NCBI GenBank assembly: GCA_013239625.1
Contig: MU056050.1
Coordinates: 242,504 to 306,503 of the forward strand
Origin: Lama guanicoe
Lineage: Eukaryota
Direction of reading: 5' to 3'
Length of the DNA stretch: 64,000 bases
Under the pieces are notes generated by a model. That model searched no databases. It was not told the origin of the DNA and saw only the letters and a list, made by a program, of their open reading frames with translations. Shown piece by piece: positions 27,369 through 39,996 of this stretch (positions within the stretch are counted from its first letter, which is position 1; each line of letters starts with the position of its first letter). The position numbers and the translations under genes are program-made.

Positions 27369-27527
27369 CTTTTGTGCTCACTGTGCCGTTTTGGACAAAA
27401 GCTTGTACATGAACATCCCAGTAGTGCTGGACAACATTATTCTGTTCTATAGTTGATAAACTATTGCATCTAAAGATGTCATTCAATGGAATTGGGAACG
27501 TCACACGGTCATAAATAGTAAAAACTT
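27369..27527 (-). CDS. LAMP2: LAMP2 exon 4 ([25 protein letters not shown]...VQNGTVSTK)
   Basis: Acceptor ttttacag|, donor G|GTGAGT, 159 nt; overlaps ORF 27304..27504. Confidence 0.96.
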
Positions 27528-28586
27528 CTGTAAAACAAGATTAACAATAGCTGTTTCCAAGAAGGTAAGAGGGATGTGATCATATAAAAATACACATTGG
27601 ATTTTCATTTCTTCTGTCTGCCTGACCCCATCCCATCCCTGAAGTGACAATGGACAAGACCTGTTCAGGGACTGACAAATTCACTATGGCTGAAACATAG
27701 ATAGTAAGAGGAAAGACGTAATGGGGAAGGAAAGGTGAGTTGCAGGTGGTCACATACTGATGCATCTTCTATGATCTAAGGACAGTCTGGGCTTGATTTT
27801 CTTAGCAATGGAAGGTTCGCTTCAGTTTTTAAAGCTGGAAATAACACATCATTTATTTTAAGGAAGATGGCAAAATTGTAGAGGACAGGCAGAGTAGAAA
27901 ACTTTTAAGGAAAGTTACTTAAGAGGAAAACTAGTTAGAAGGCTGAGGGGCTTGGTTAAGGTGGAAAGTGAGTAGGGGTTGCCTAAATCAAGACAGTGAG
28001 GGGCAGCAGAAAGACAGCAAAGAGGCCAAATGTGAAAGCACATAGCTGAGGTAGAATCAATACTGACGAAGCAAGGAAGAGAGATGGAATATTCAAGGAT
28101 TTTATAGTAAATCCTTATTTTTGTGCTACTATCCCAATGTAACTTACAGTAACTAAAATGACTTTTTGGAACCTCTTTCTGGATAGAATTTAAAGACTAT
28201 TCCAATTCAGGAAATCGTCAGAATGTGAAAGCAGTAAGTTGCCGCCATTCTGTACAGAGTTATTATAATAATCCATGAGTGAAACTTCAAAAGGCTAAGA
28301 TCACACTTTTCCACCCAAATGGCTTTAGTTCCTTTTGGAGAAACAGCAAGGAAGGAAGGTATTCAAGGTCCTTAATATAAGCTGCCTTCTGTGCCTTTCC
28401 ATCATGTAGCAAGGCAGCTAACTTCTGCTGCCTTGGCACCCCCTACTGGCCAAAAGGGAAAACAATTTTTTTCCTAACCAGTGAACTGGAATATTTTTCT
28501 CCAATACTGTCTCTCACTGTCAACATAAGTAAATAGATACAGGAACTGGCTGAATATAGACAGATCTCAAAAACAAATGAATGCAA

Positions 28587-28720
28587 GGGATGGGTATAGC
28601 TCAGGGGGTAGAGTGTGTGACTAGCATGCACAAGGTCCTGGGTTTAATCCCCAGCACCTCCATTAAAAAAAAAGCCTAACTACCTCCCTACAAAATAAAA
28701 TTAATTAATTAATTATTTTA
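28587..28720 (+). mobile_element. tRNA-derived SINE (camelid-type)
   Basis: GGGATGGGTATAGCTCAGGGGGTAGAG...GGTTTAATCCCCAGCACC (Pol III A/B boxes), AT-rich tail, imperfect flanking repeat aaatgaatgcaa/aagtgagtgcaa. Confidence 0.85.
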
Positions 28721-28957
28721 AAGTGAGTGCAAAAACAAGTTGTAGACATACTGGAGTTACACATAAAGCTATGTCATTTTTTAAACAATGTGTTGTTTAT
28801 GAACATATACATAGTCAAATATAAGGCTATGCCCCAAATTCCCAAGAGTGATTTCCTCTCAGGAGGCAGGGAGGAAAATGGCTCTGGGGAGTGGGTACAA
28901 AGGAAACTGAGGGCATCTGTAAGGTTCTATTTCTTTAAATAAAAAGATGAGGCATTC

Positions 28958-28959
28958 AA

Positions 28960-28990
<31 letters not shown>

Positions 28991-29004
28991 ACAAACAAAC
29001 AAAC
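28958..29004 (+). repeat. Compound (AAAT)n(AAAC)n microsatellite
   Basis: Directly visible; flanked on both sides by aaaaagatgaggca, suggesting it is the tail of a small retro-insertion. Confidence 0.9.
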
Positions 29005-30106
29005 AGATATCAAAAAAGATGAGGCAACTATGGGAAAAATGGCATTAATTAGTTCTGGGTAATGGGTACATGTGTGGATCTATTATATTATTCTGTCCTT
29101 TTCTGTAATTTAATCATGAAAAAAGTTTTTTATAGAAAACAGCAGCTTCAAAGTCACTTCAATTATCAGATGCCTAAAAATAAAACACTAAATTATTTCA
29201 AAACCTGTCAACAGTCCATTTAAGGAAACCATTTTAAATCTCAAATATTACAGAGAAGTTAGTAATAAAATTGCATCTTCCCCTGTTAAAAAGGAGGGAG
29301 ATACAGGTGTTACCATTTCAGAGCCCACAGTTTTTCAATCAAACCATTCAGATTAAACCTCATCTGCTTTTACTGCCACCCCCCTTGGTCCAGGTACTTG
29401 TTACATCATCCCCGGGTTCCTATAACAGCCTCTTAACACTGGCATCTCTGCCTGAAGTCTCCTCACTTACAAATTAATCCTGCAGAACATTCTTTATAAA
29501 CTACTGTCTGCTCCTGAGATACCATTCTCCTGCTTTAAAACCTAAAATGGTTCCCCAGTGCCTATCCCATCAAGCTAAATGCCTTTCCTTGGCTTCCAAG
29601 GCCCCCTATAATTTAGACCCACTGCACCTAGCCAGCTTGATCTTCCTTCTACTACGCACACAGCCTCTGTTTTAATTGGGCAGCTCTCCAATTACTGCTG
29701 CATATACTATGCTTCCCCCTGCTGGAAATATTCTGCCCAAAATTCTCCGCTTACTCAAATTCTACCATTGGGTCTACTTTCAGCTCAGGTCCTTCTCACA
29801 CCAAGCTTTCTCACTCCTCTGATGCACGCTGACCTCTGTTCCTCATCAGGACCACCTGTCTACAGGCATCCACAGATGGGCTCAGGGGCTATGTACCATA
29901 TGCAAAGTTTACTCTGTATTTTGAGAGGGGGGGTCTAGAGCTTTCCTCACATTGTCAGAAAAGACTTATGAACCCTCCACCCCCAAAACACAAACAACAA
30001 CTTCACATTGATCTTAATGCTTTCCAATTTTTCCATATAACTCAGGGAAACATCTTCACTTTGTCTCTCCAACTAGTTTTTAAGCTCCTTGAAAGTTAAA
30101 AGGGCA

Positions 30107-30247
30107 TTTTTTTTCTTTTTTGGGGGCAGCAAGGGGGAGGTAATTAGGTCTAATTAATTAATTTATTTTTAATGGAGGTACTGGGGATGGAACCTACGAC
30201 TTGTGCATGCTAAGCATGTGCTCTACCACAGAGATATACCTTCTCCC
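30107..30247 (-). mobile_element. tRNA-derived SINE (camelid-type)
   Basis: Reverse complement of the same head and cctaattacctcccc body; poly-T at the left end. Confidence 0.85.
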
Positions 30248-31398
30248 TCCAGGGGCAAATCTTAACACTAGTTCTGAAAGAAAATATAGGGCAGAAAGCT
30301 TAATATACAAGATAGCCAATAACACACTTGTTTTAGCTATCCTCTCAAACTAAGAGATCAGTAAAAGGAAAACTAGGATTTGTAAGAGGATCTAGGATTT
30401 GATTTTTCAAGTCTCGGTGACACCTGCCAAATTTTACATGAGCTCATTCACTACTGGGTCTTTAAAATATGATCTTTTGATATCCATAAATCCAAATGAG
30501 TCCCTCATCCCCCAGTTCAGGAAACTAAAGGCCAGCTACCTGTGAGTCTGGAATCAGAATGAAATAGTAACTGTGAGAAATGCTAAGCTACTTACAAACA
30601 CCATGTTCATAATCCAATCTCAGTGGGGCGGGAAGAAAGGAGAGAATTATATCCCTAACAAAATTGAAACCTCCATTATCCATATCTCAAAATATTTTAA
30701 TACACATTTCAGTTCCAGTAGTTAAAAGAATGGCGTAATTGCCAATGCCTTCCCAAGTTCACTGTGATGTAAAACTGTTTCAAAATAGCAGCAAATGTCT
30801 ACTTCAGCCATCTTACCTTTTTTCACTTTTCAGTCAAAATCCTATCTAAATGGTAAAAAAGATATGAAGATGAAGCATTTCTGCTGGTCTCAGGCTACTA
30901 AACTTGTACACATTTAAAATAGTTATTACTAAAGGATTTTCTCATTCATTCAATACTTGTTGAGTGCCCACTACTGGATGAAATAAATGATAATAAATAA
31001 TAATCGTTAAGTGCATGGACCCTACAAGCTCAACAGACTGCTTCAAACACCAGCTCACCCACTTACTCGCTTGTGTGACTTTTGGGAAAGACATCAAATC
31101 TCATCAAGCCTCATTCCCTTTACCTGTAAAACTGAGATAATATCTACTTGCTGTTAAGGATTGAGATTCTGCTGGCAACATACTTAGGGTACCATCTGGT
31201 ACAGAGTAAAGCACCTGGCAGTGACAGCCAATATCATCACTGTGCCAAACACTATGCTGTACAAGAGGATACAAAGATATGACATCTCTATTCTAGTTAG
31301 GAAGATGGATGTGTAAAAAAGATGGTCTTTAAATGATTTACATTTTTATTATTAATAAAGAACAAGAGAACACAACACAATCCAATTCTTAAAGTTAC

Positions 31399-31612
31399 CT
31401 TTTTCTTTAGCATCAGGAAATGTTGTGCTATCATTAGTGTTGTAGGAAAAGAAGATGCTGTCAATTGAATAAGCAGACAGCTCCTTTGTAAAATTCACAG
31501 TCCAGGAAAAACCGGATCCAAACTGCACAGCGATTTTGGGACCATTGTGGTCATCCCCACAGAAGCTTCCGTTATATGTGGCAGTACCATGGTCTGAAAT
31601 GGTTACAGTTTT
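31399..31612 (-). CDS. LAMP2: LAMP2 exon 3 ([32 protein letters not shown]...TFPDAKEK)
   Basis: Acceptor tcttttag|, donor G|GTAACT, 214 nt, open frame. Confidence 0.96.
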
Positions 31613-31939
31613 CTAAAAGAAAAAGAAGTTAGGGGGTAAGGCACAAACAGGCAGCAATGTGCACAAGCATTTCCACAGGGGATGCCACTTCAAGTCTATT
31701 TCACTCACACACGCACACACACGCTGCCAGGCTGCCCTCTGTCTGCGCTGACCAGTCTCAGATTCTTCAACCACACACCAGTCCCTCTGAACAAATTTAT
31801 GCACATCTAAAAGGAAAAGGAAAACTGGCCTGAACTTCTGTTAAGCTGATTTCTTTTCAATCAGGCTTTAAGCAGGCAGGACTTCAACCAAAAGAAAAAC
31901 AGGTGAAAGGATTGAAAGATACACCCCCCAAAAAGGAGA

Positions 31940-32027
31940 TTTTTTTTTTAATGGAGGTACTGAGGATTGAACCCAGGACCTCATGCATGCTAAGCATGCG
32001 CTCTACCACTGAGCTATGCACGCCCCC
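31940..32027 (-). mobile_element. tRNA-derived SINE, short form, in LAMP2 intron 2
   Basis: Same tRNA-like head on the minus strand; flanked by the duplicated sequence aaaggagatttt. Confidence 0.85.
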
Positions 32028-32369
32028 TCAAAGGAGATTTTTTAATGGCAAGCTATTTTTAACAAGGGCAAGCTTTGATGTTAGTACATGTTTAAAACAT
32101 TATAGAAGTAGTTAGACCTGAAACACCAGTCTTCAGATTATATGCCCTTAACCAACTACAAATAAACTCCAAGGAACTGATGAATTAAAATACTCATTCC
32201 AACACTAAATAGAATACTTTTAGGTGTACATGTTAAAATAGCTTCACAGAATTTACATGTTAAGTCAGTTAACATATGAAATCTTATTTGTTTAAATGTA
32301 TGGAAAAGGATGAAAAAGAGTAGAATTCAATTCCTACTATATAAAACTCAGAGAAAAAAAAATACTTAC

Positions 32370-32488
32370 AAAAGTTTTGTTTGTGGTCTCATAGCGTATT
32401 GTGAAATTCATCTGCCATTTTGCATAAAGGCAAGTGGCTTTTTCCGAATTGGTCAAATTAAGTTCCAATGCATAAGATGAGACAGCTC
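32370..32488 (-). CDS. LAMP2: LAMP2 exon 2 ([40 protein letters not shown])
   Basis: Acceptor aaatctag|GA, donor |GTAAGT, 119 nt, open frame; read manually because it is not in the ORF track. Confidence 0.96.
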
Positions 32489-32519
32489 CTAGATTTAGTA
32501 AAAAGATTAAGGTTTTTAA

Positions 32520-32584
32520 TTGTGCTATATGCCAGAAATTGACAAAGCATTGTAAACCGACTATAACTCAGTAAAAAAAAGATG
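32520..32584 (+). mobile_element. Severely 5'-truncated (~65 nt) L1 3' end next to the exon 2 acceptor
   Basis: Similar to 15380-15430; 19-nt target duplication with one mismatch at 32501-32519 and 32585-32603. Confidence 0.85.
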
Positions 32585-35429
32585 AAAAGATTAAGATTTT
32601 TAAATTGGACTACAATATAAAATAAAAACAAGCTCTGTCTACTACTGAAGTTCAACCGGCTCTAAAATGAAACAAAAGTATATTTAACACATATGGTATC
32701 TACCTTGGTGACTGGTTTGATCTTTTATCAGAATCCTGTTGATAAAAGTCACCTACCCCACCCCAAAGGAAGGGTTACTCAACCTAGGATGTTTAGGTAA
32801 TGGCATGGACTGGTGCCATTTGCCTTCTACCTCCTAGTAATCATTTCCACACTCATCTGTGCCTTGCTAGTTTTGTTTTAGGCAATTATAGTTTACTTGT
32901 TAGGATTTTCATTTTTTAAGGTAAATGAGGTTAAGGGGAAGTTGTGGGAGGGGTGTTAAACTCCTGCTTCTCTGAAGTCAGCTGGTGGCATTTTCTCTGC
33001 AAAAAATATGAAAGATCTATTTCTGTGGTCTTGTTGCTTTAAATCCTGTCACAAGCTACATGACCTATGACACTCAGATGTCTTGACAAACAATTTTATT
33101 CTGACGTGAATTAGATGTGAGATAAATCTTTCTAAGCGTGTGTACCATGTGACCAAAGGAAGTGCTGTGAAGGCTATTAGAGCCATAAGCAAAAGGTTGA
33201 TTTTTATAAATGCCACGTACATCATTTTTGTTTCATTTAAAAATCCAACTGATAGAATGGCTAATTAATCTTTTGAGATGGGCTGAAAGTCACTTCCTAC
33301 ATTCTCAACCTGCTCCCTCTCTCTTAGCAGACAAACTTTCAGGGACAGAAAAGTCTTGGGACTTTTCAGCTAACTTGACTCTGATCTTCTACACTAGGTT
33401 AAGCACAGGGACATAACCTATTACACGGAAGAGCCCCAGGACTCAAAATACGATACAGCAGCAAACACAAGAGCAGCATAAATGACGAGCAGCCATCTGA
33501 GGATTTTCTCACTGCCTCACACCCCACCCAAGGGGTGAGCTGTTTCCTGTTAAGAGAGCTGTGTGTCCCTGAATGATATCTGAGCACTCCAGCGTCACCT
33601 ACAAGCAGGGACATGCTACAGACTACAGAGAATCAAGTCCTAAGAGGAATACCAAGAAGGCATGCCTCAGCAACAGCTTTCAAGCCGTACACAAAAGCCG
33701 CCGTCATGCTCCGGAGAACCGGCTGCCTCGCCAGGCCTGAGTCTCATATGCTAGACGGAGCTCGTGGTGACTGACAGTGCCTGGATGTATCGGCCGAGGC
33801 TTGAAAGGGCCTTGGGAAGCCTCGGTAGGCTTTCCAGCCATTCTACCCCACATCTAAGTACCATGTAGAATAGAGCTGTCATCACTGGTCCCCGGCTACC
33901 CTGGAGCGGTGCTGAGATCTGCAGCTTATATTTTTTCTAATCAACCAGAGGCCTGCTTTCTGTATGCCATCCCTCTTGGTCTGGTCGAAGGGCCTTGGCT
34001 TTAACATATCCTCCTTGCATTCAAAGCATTCAAAACTATTAGAAAACACAGAGAGAAGCCTGGCAGGCATTAATCATTTCCCTTCCAAAGATACTAGAGT
34101 AACAGGAAGAAAACAGTGGAAAACAGGGAGAGTATCAGTGTGAGGTGGGGGGGGTCAGCTTCACGGAGCAGAAGGCACAGGCTGTGGTTCAAAGTCACCA
34201 GGACATTAAGTAGCACAGCCTACCTGCCAGCCTATAAATGAGGCCTGAGAAACGCCCTGAGGGCCCAGCACCTTCTGTTCTAGAGCCTTCCCAGCCCTTC
34301 TCCCTGTAAGAGCTAGGCCTTTTGGAGCTTCTTCCACTCCTCCATCTCCATCTGCGATTGCACAGAGACCACTTTTACTCAATGCCTATCACCTCAAATT
34401 CGACAATCCCAAAACTAAAATTCATTCTTTGACTTCCTCCAAACTGGTCCCCTCCGCAGCCTCAGTAACTCTGAAGGACAGGCAGGCCTCGAACAGCCAC
34501 TTGGGCTCACAAGGTTTTGGGAATTAGCTTCTACTTCATCCTCCTCGTGAAGTCCTATTGACTTTGTTCCTTCAAATTCCCTCTTAAACCTAGTCTTTGC
34601 CTTTTATTTCTACTCCCAATCCACCACCTCACCCTTAACTTACTACAGAGGCCTCCAGCCGCCCCTAGAGGTGCTGTCGGGTTAATGGTCCTCTCTTCCT
34701 CTCAGGACACTTGCTTGTTCAAAACCTTTTCCTGGCTCCCAAATTCCCACATTAAATTTAAATTCCTGTGCCTGACTTTCAAAGTAATCCTTAATCTTTG
34801 TCCCACCCTATTCCTTCAACTTCTCTCAAGCCACACTCCCAGAACACACCCTTTAATCTGGTTAAACTTGTTCCACTGGACCCATTCCCAAGCTCTCATC
34901 AACCTCTACCCCAGGCTTCTCTTGTTCCTACGCTTGAAACTGGCTTTCTTCTATGACCTAAATGTTTGCCTCAGGAGGGATTTCACTCTTTTTGGCTGCC
35001 CCCAAATGTAAAACAGAACCCCCTACTCTGCCTTTTTTTTTTAACAATTTCTGGCAGATATCAGCATCTGCTAGAACAGTTGAAAATGTTGGATATTTGC
35101 TTTCCCAGCCTCCCTTGAGGCAAGGACGGCCACTTGTGTTAGGCTCCATCTAATAAGGGCATCCACTCCAGATTTGGAACAGGGCAGCGAAATGGAGGCC
35201 GGGATGAGTTATCACCCTCAGGTGGAAGCAGCTACAGCAGGATCAGGCTCCCAGGCAACAAGGGCAGCAAGCTAGCGGCAGTGGCCAGGGGTGCAGGATA
35301 CAGTTTACTGCTTGGCGGTGGTAGTGCAGTTCAGTAGTGAGATTTGGGGTATCAAACTAGGCTTTGCAATATATAGTTAAGAGCCCCGGTAATTCTGAGG
35401 TACCTAATGTACATTCTTTAATAAAGTAA

Positions 35430-35950
35430 AACTTTATTGATGTGTAACATACATACAGAAAAGTACACAGCATACATGTAAAAGGGAAAAATGCACAAAG
35501 TATACAAATCAAAGAATTTTCACAAAATGAACCGACTTACGTCAGGAAACAGAACACTCCAAGAACTCCCCAAAGTCCCCTTGTTCCCTCCTCCAGTTAC
35601 TAATTCCCTTTCAAGGGCAGCCACCATCCTGACTCTAACAGTATAGATCAGTTTTGCCTGGTTTTCAACTTGATGTAAATGAAATCATTCACTATTCTCT
35701 TTTGTAGCTGGCTTCTTTCACTCAATATTACATCTGTGAGATTCATCCATGTTGCTGTGTGTGGTTGCAGTTTGTCATTTCTCACTGTCTGTATAGCCTT
35801 CTGTCAGTGGGTAAATACTGCACCACTTGTCTATGCTACTGCTGATGGACATTTGGATAGTTTCCAGTTTGGTTCTATTACAGATGGACTCATTGGTGAA
35901 CACGTGTATGTGTGCTGGTTTGATATGTATCTAGGAGTGAAATTGTAGGC
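35430..35950 (-). mobile_element. Old L1M fragment in intron 1
   Basis: ctggcttctttcactcaatatt...gagattcatccatgttgctg...gatggacatttggatagtttccagtttg. Confidence 0.7.
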
Positions 35951-38900
35951 TCAAGGCGAGGAGGTCACAAGATGGGCCAACGTGGAAGTGACCACCTGTG
36001 CAGAGTTGCTGAAAGCTAGTATGTGTATTAAAAAAAATTAAAAAGTGGGGAAGGTCTCTTTACATGTGCTCATAGGTCAACACAGATGCCTGGGTTTCTT
36101 GGCACCAAATTTGAAGCCACTGGGAATACTGGCTGCCTTGAGATACGGGGTCATCTGTTTCCTGGGAATAGGACTGGGGAAGAGCGGGTATGCACATGTC
36201 CCAACATCTTTTTAATAAATTTCTTTTCTGCTTAAAATCAATGAGATTTTATTCCTGTTGCTTACAGTTAATGAGATGCCGTCCATTTTTCAGCAGCCAT
36301 TTTCTCTATAAAGATCTCCTTGACTATAAAAGCCCTCAAGGAGCAGTCATAATGCATATCCCCATATATTTTCTACTATCCTGAATTATTCAGTTATTTT
36401 ATGCCTGTAAATCCTGTCTCCCCTATTATCAGAAGCTCCAAGACAAGTTTTCAACTGTCACTTCGCAACAAACTGATGTGCCATGGTAAATTACAGCATA
36501 CAGGAAGTAATCTGTTAACTAATAAAAAACAGTGCCAAAGCCTGTGAATGAATGATATACATGGATATATTCAAGATTCCATTTTGATAAGGTCTCTGCC
36601 ACTCATTTGAATTCCAATACGCTGTTAGACAGCTGATCTTATCTATGCCACAGGCCCTAGGAGTGTGTCTTTTATATGAATGTCATCTATCACGGATGTC
36701 ATGGTGGGGGGAGACCAGGTCTGTTACTTTCATCTATCTCCTATCGTTCCTAGTAGCGCTGAATACATATTAGATTCTCAATAAATGCTGGTTGATTATA
36801 TCAAGGTGGAAATACCATGCAAGGACCTGGAACACAGCTTAATGTAATTACAGGAAGTCCAGCCTTTAGCTCTTCCAAATCATGAACCTAACCTATCAGT
36901 CTTCTGGATACTCCCTCAATCCCCACGTCAGTTTTTCTCCTCAATAAATTTTGACATGGATTTCAAGCTAGGAATAATGCTTCTCACATAAGGTAAGTTT
37001 ATAGTTGAAACATTAACACTTTGGTAAAAAATCTTCAGCAAATCATTCCCATCCTTATTGCTGTTTGATTTTAGAACAGCCAAACCATTTTTGTTTAAAA
37101 GGCTTTATGACATTAAAAAACCACAGCTGAGTATATCTTAGAATGTGTAATTACTGAGCTGAGGGTTTATTCTCCAAAGAAAACAGGCAAAATCAACTTT
37201 CTCAAATTCAAATATCCTCTTAATAGTGTTTCCAAAGAGATCATTCACAGGTTCTTTTAGAACTCAGGACTCCAAGCATAAGACACTACGAAAAGTGACA
37301 AGGTTTAAAAGAAAAAAGTGGCTAGGTTTTTACAAGTCTACTTGACCCAAAGTATAGTTGAAAAATACACATTTGTAAACAAGATGGGGGTGGAGTGGGA
37401 AGATAATACTAGTGGTAAAACAAAACCAGTGAAAAACAGACAATGATCTAAGAGGCAATATAATGAGGCGATTAAGAACCCCATCACTGGAGTTAAAGAA
37501 CCAGAATTCAAATTGGGCAGTCCAATTTACCAGCTGTGAGACCCTAGGCAAGTTAACCTCGCTAAGAACTGTAGTGTTTCTCTCTAATACATCCTTCAAA
37601 AGCATGTAAGCCCTTCAGAGCTAAGAGAACTTTGCCAGACAAATTAGAGATTCCAGCTTAAAAATTTCCCTTCTAGTAAACATAGCATTTAAAGGGATGC
37701 TTCCCAAATTTTAGGTATGCCTACTTTTATCACAATGAGTTATGGACTCCTGTCCTCAAACTCATCAATTCAGAATGGGTCTTTAAAAAAAAACAGACAT
37801 AGGCTTACAATTACCTATTCACTTTCTTCTCAATTCATAGGTTATGTCAAATTGTTCCCCATTTACAATTCCTAATATAAGTACAATTACTGCATTCAGC
37901 TGCTGATACTCTTAATTTCTGGCAAATCTCTATAAAAAGAAATAATATGAGTTTAAGCTAGAAATAATTTTTTAAGGTCAGAGAGTGGGTAAGGAAGTAA
38001 GATTCAACACCATTCAACTAATGGAAAGTGCTTATTGCTGAGTGGAGTTTGGCAGACCTCCAGAATTCTTTTGCAATGCACAGCAGGATACCAACAAGTA
38101 CTTATAAAGTACATTTTTGGATCTGAGGAGATCTCTGATCACTTTAATCTGAAATTATGATCGGAATGCTTTAGTCACTTCAGGAAGAAGGGCAGTCTTC
38201 CCGTACCAAGTTACCACTGAAGCCGGCTATAATGCTGTAAAACAATCCTTGATCACAAATTCCACCCAAGGATATAGGGAGAGAAAGCTGCACTCATGAG
38301 AAATATCTGAATATCTATAAATCCTATCAGATATGATTACCAGCGACCAATGGATGAATAATAAATAAGCCTGTCCTTTCAAGAATCTCTATTAAAACTA
38401 GAATAATTTCAGCAGAACCTTGAAATCAAAGTTATTAGTGGTAAGGCTACAGAAAAATCTCAATGATTACTTTTTTACTTTTCAATCACCTCCAAAAGAA
38501 GAGAGACTGGCTCTTTGTGAATGAAAACCTTATTCTCCTTCTGAGCTCCTTCACAGTTCTCCATGCAAACCTTCACTACTGTGTAGGTATATGTGAAAGG
38601 GTACAGGTAAGATATTAGCATTATCATATGGGATTATACTTTAATAAATTGGTTTATACTTATGTGTGCTGCGTAGCACTGATCTTGAAGTTCTCAATCC
38701 AAAAACACACACACAAACAAAAAAAAAAACCTTGTAAAATGTAATTTAAGGTTCAGAGAATAAAAAGACCAAGTTGGTCTGGTTCACTGTCAAATCCGCA
38801 GTGCCCACCAATGACTACCGTCAAAATTTTTACTAAGAGTTAACCGTGTACTACCAGGGCCTGGACTAGGCAGGCAATGGGAAACAACAATACATAAGAC

Positions 38901-39913
38901 AGTCTTCACTCCCAGAGACTAACACCAGAGGGGAGACTTGACCAGTACCAGGAAAAAAAAAGTGAAATATACACTAGCCTAATAACCTGAGTTTGGGAAA
39001 GACAAGATTTACTCCTATTCCTCCGGATAAGTCATCTGGCTGGCCTCCTTCCAACACTTAGGTCTCTGCTCAAACACCCTACAATGAAGGCCTTCTGACC
39101 ACAAAATGTAAAGGAGGGCCCCCTCCCACTCCTATCATCTCCCTTTTCTTCTTTCTCATTACCTGCTTCATTCTTCCCCCAGTGCTTATCACTATTTGAA
39201 ACTGTATCATTTACCTGCTGGGCAGTATTCCTCCACTAAAATGTAAGCACCCTGAGAGCAGGGACCTTATCTGTCTCATCTAGTGTTCCATCCATCCCTT
39301 TCACCTAGAGGCTGGTATACAACAGTCATTCCATAAACACTGTGGGAAGGAGGGACTCCTACTAGTGAAGTACACACTCAGGACACTTACCTTTTTCCCA
39401 CCCAGAAAAGCCTCAACCTTATAAAAACCAGAAGTCAGACTAGTTACAGGAATCAACAACCACGGAATTCTGAAATCTGTGATGTCCCAAAGGGAACATA
39501 AGCAAGAATGCTTCTCATCCACTGCTCTCTTTACACTGCCTCCCTATAGTGTTTCTTCAGAAAGCTCTCTATTCAGTTATAATTCATTCAAATAAATACC
39601 AGCAAAATTTAATCTCTGTGAAAAAGACAGAGACTCTCAGAATTCTTTCCTATACTTACTCTAAAGCAGCTCTTCTTTAAAAGTTACCTGTTGGAGCTGG
39701 GACAGTTAAGCTACAAAGTGAAATTGGCTCAGCTGGAGCACTAACCCTAATGAGACTATAAATTCAGGAACAGAGCCTCCTTCCCCCGTCCCCTCTGCAT
39801 TAAATTCATAGCAGGTACTTCACAAATATTTGTTTTCAAAAAACTATATTTGGTATCCATTTTAATAAAAGTAACCTGCAAAACCCAGCAAGCAACTTAA
39901 GAATTGCTACATT

Positions 39914-39996
39914 TCTTTTTTAATCAAGGTACTGGGGATTGAACCCAGGATCTCCTGCATGCTAAGGCACTCTACCACTGTGCTATATCCTCCCCC
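39914..39996 (-). mobile_element. tRNA-derived SINE, short form, in LAMP2 intron 1
   Basis: Same head; imperfect target duplication aagaattgcta/aagaactgcta. Confidence 0.8.
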
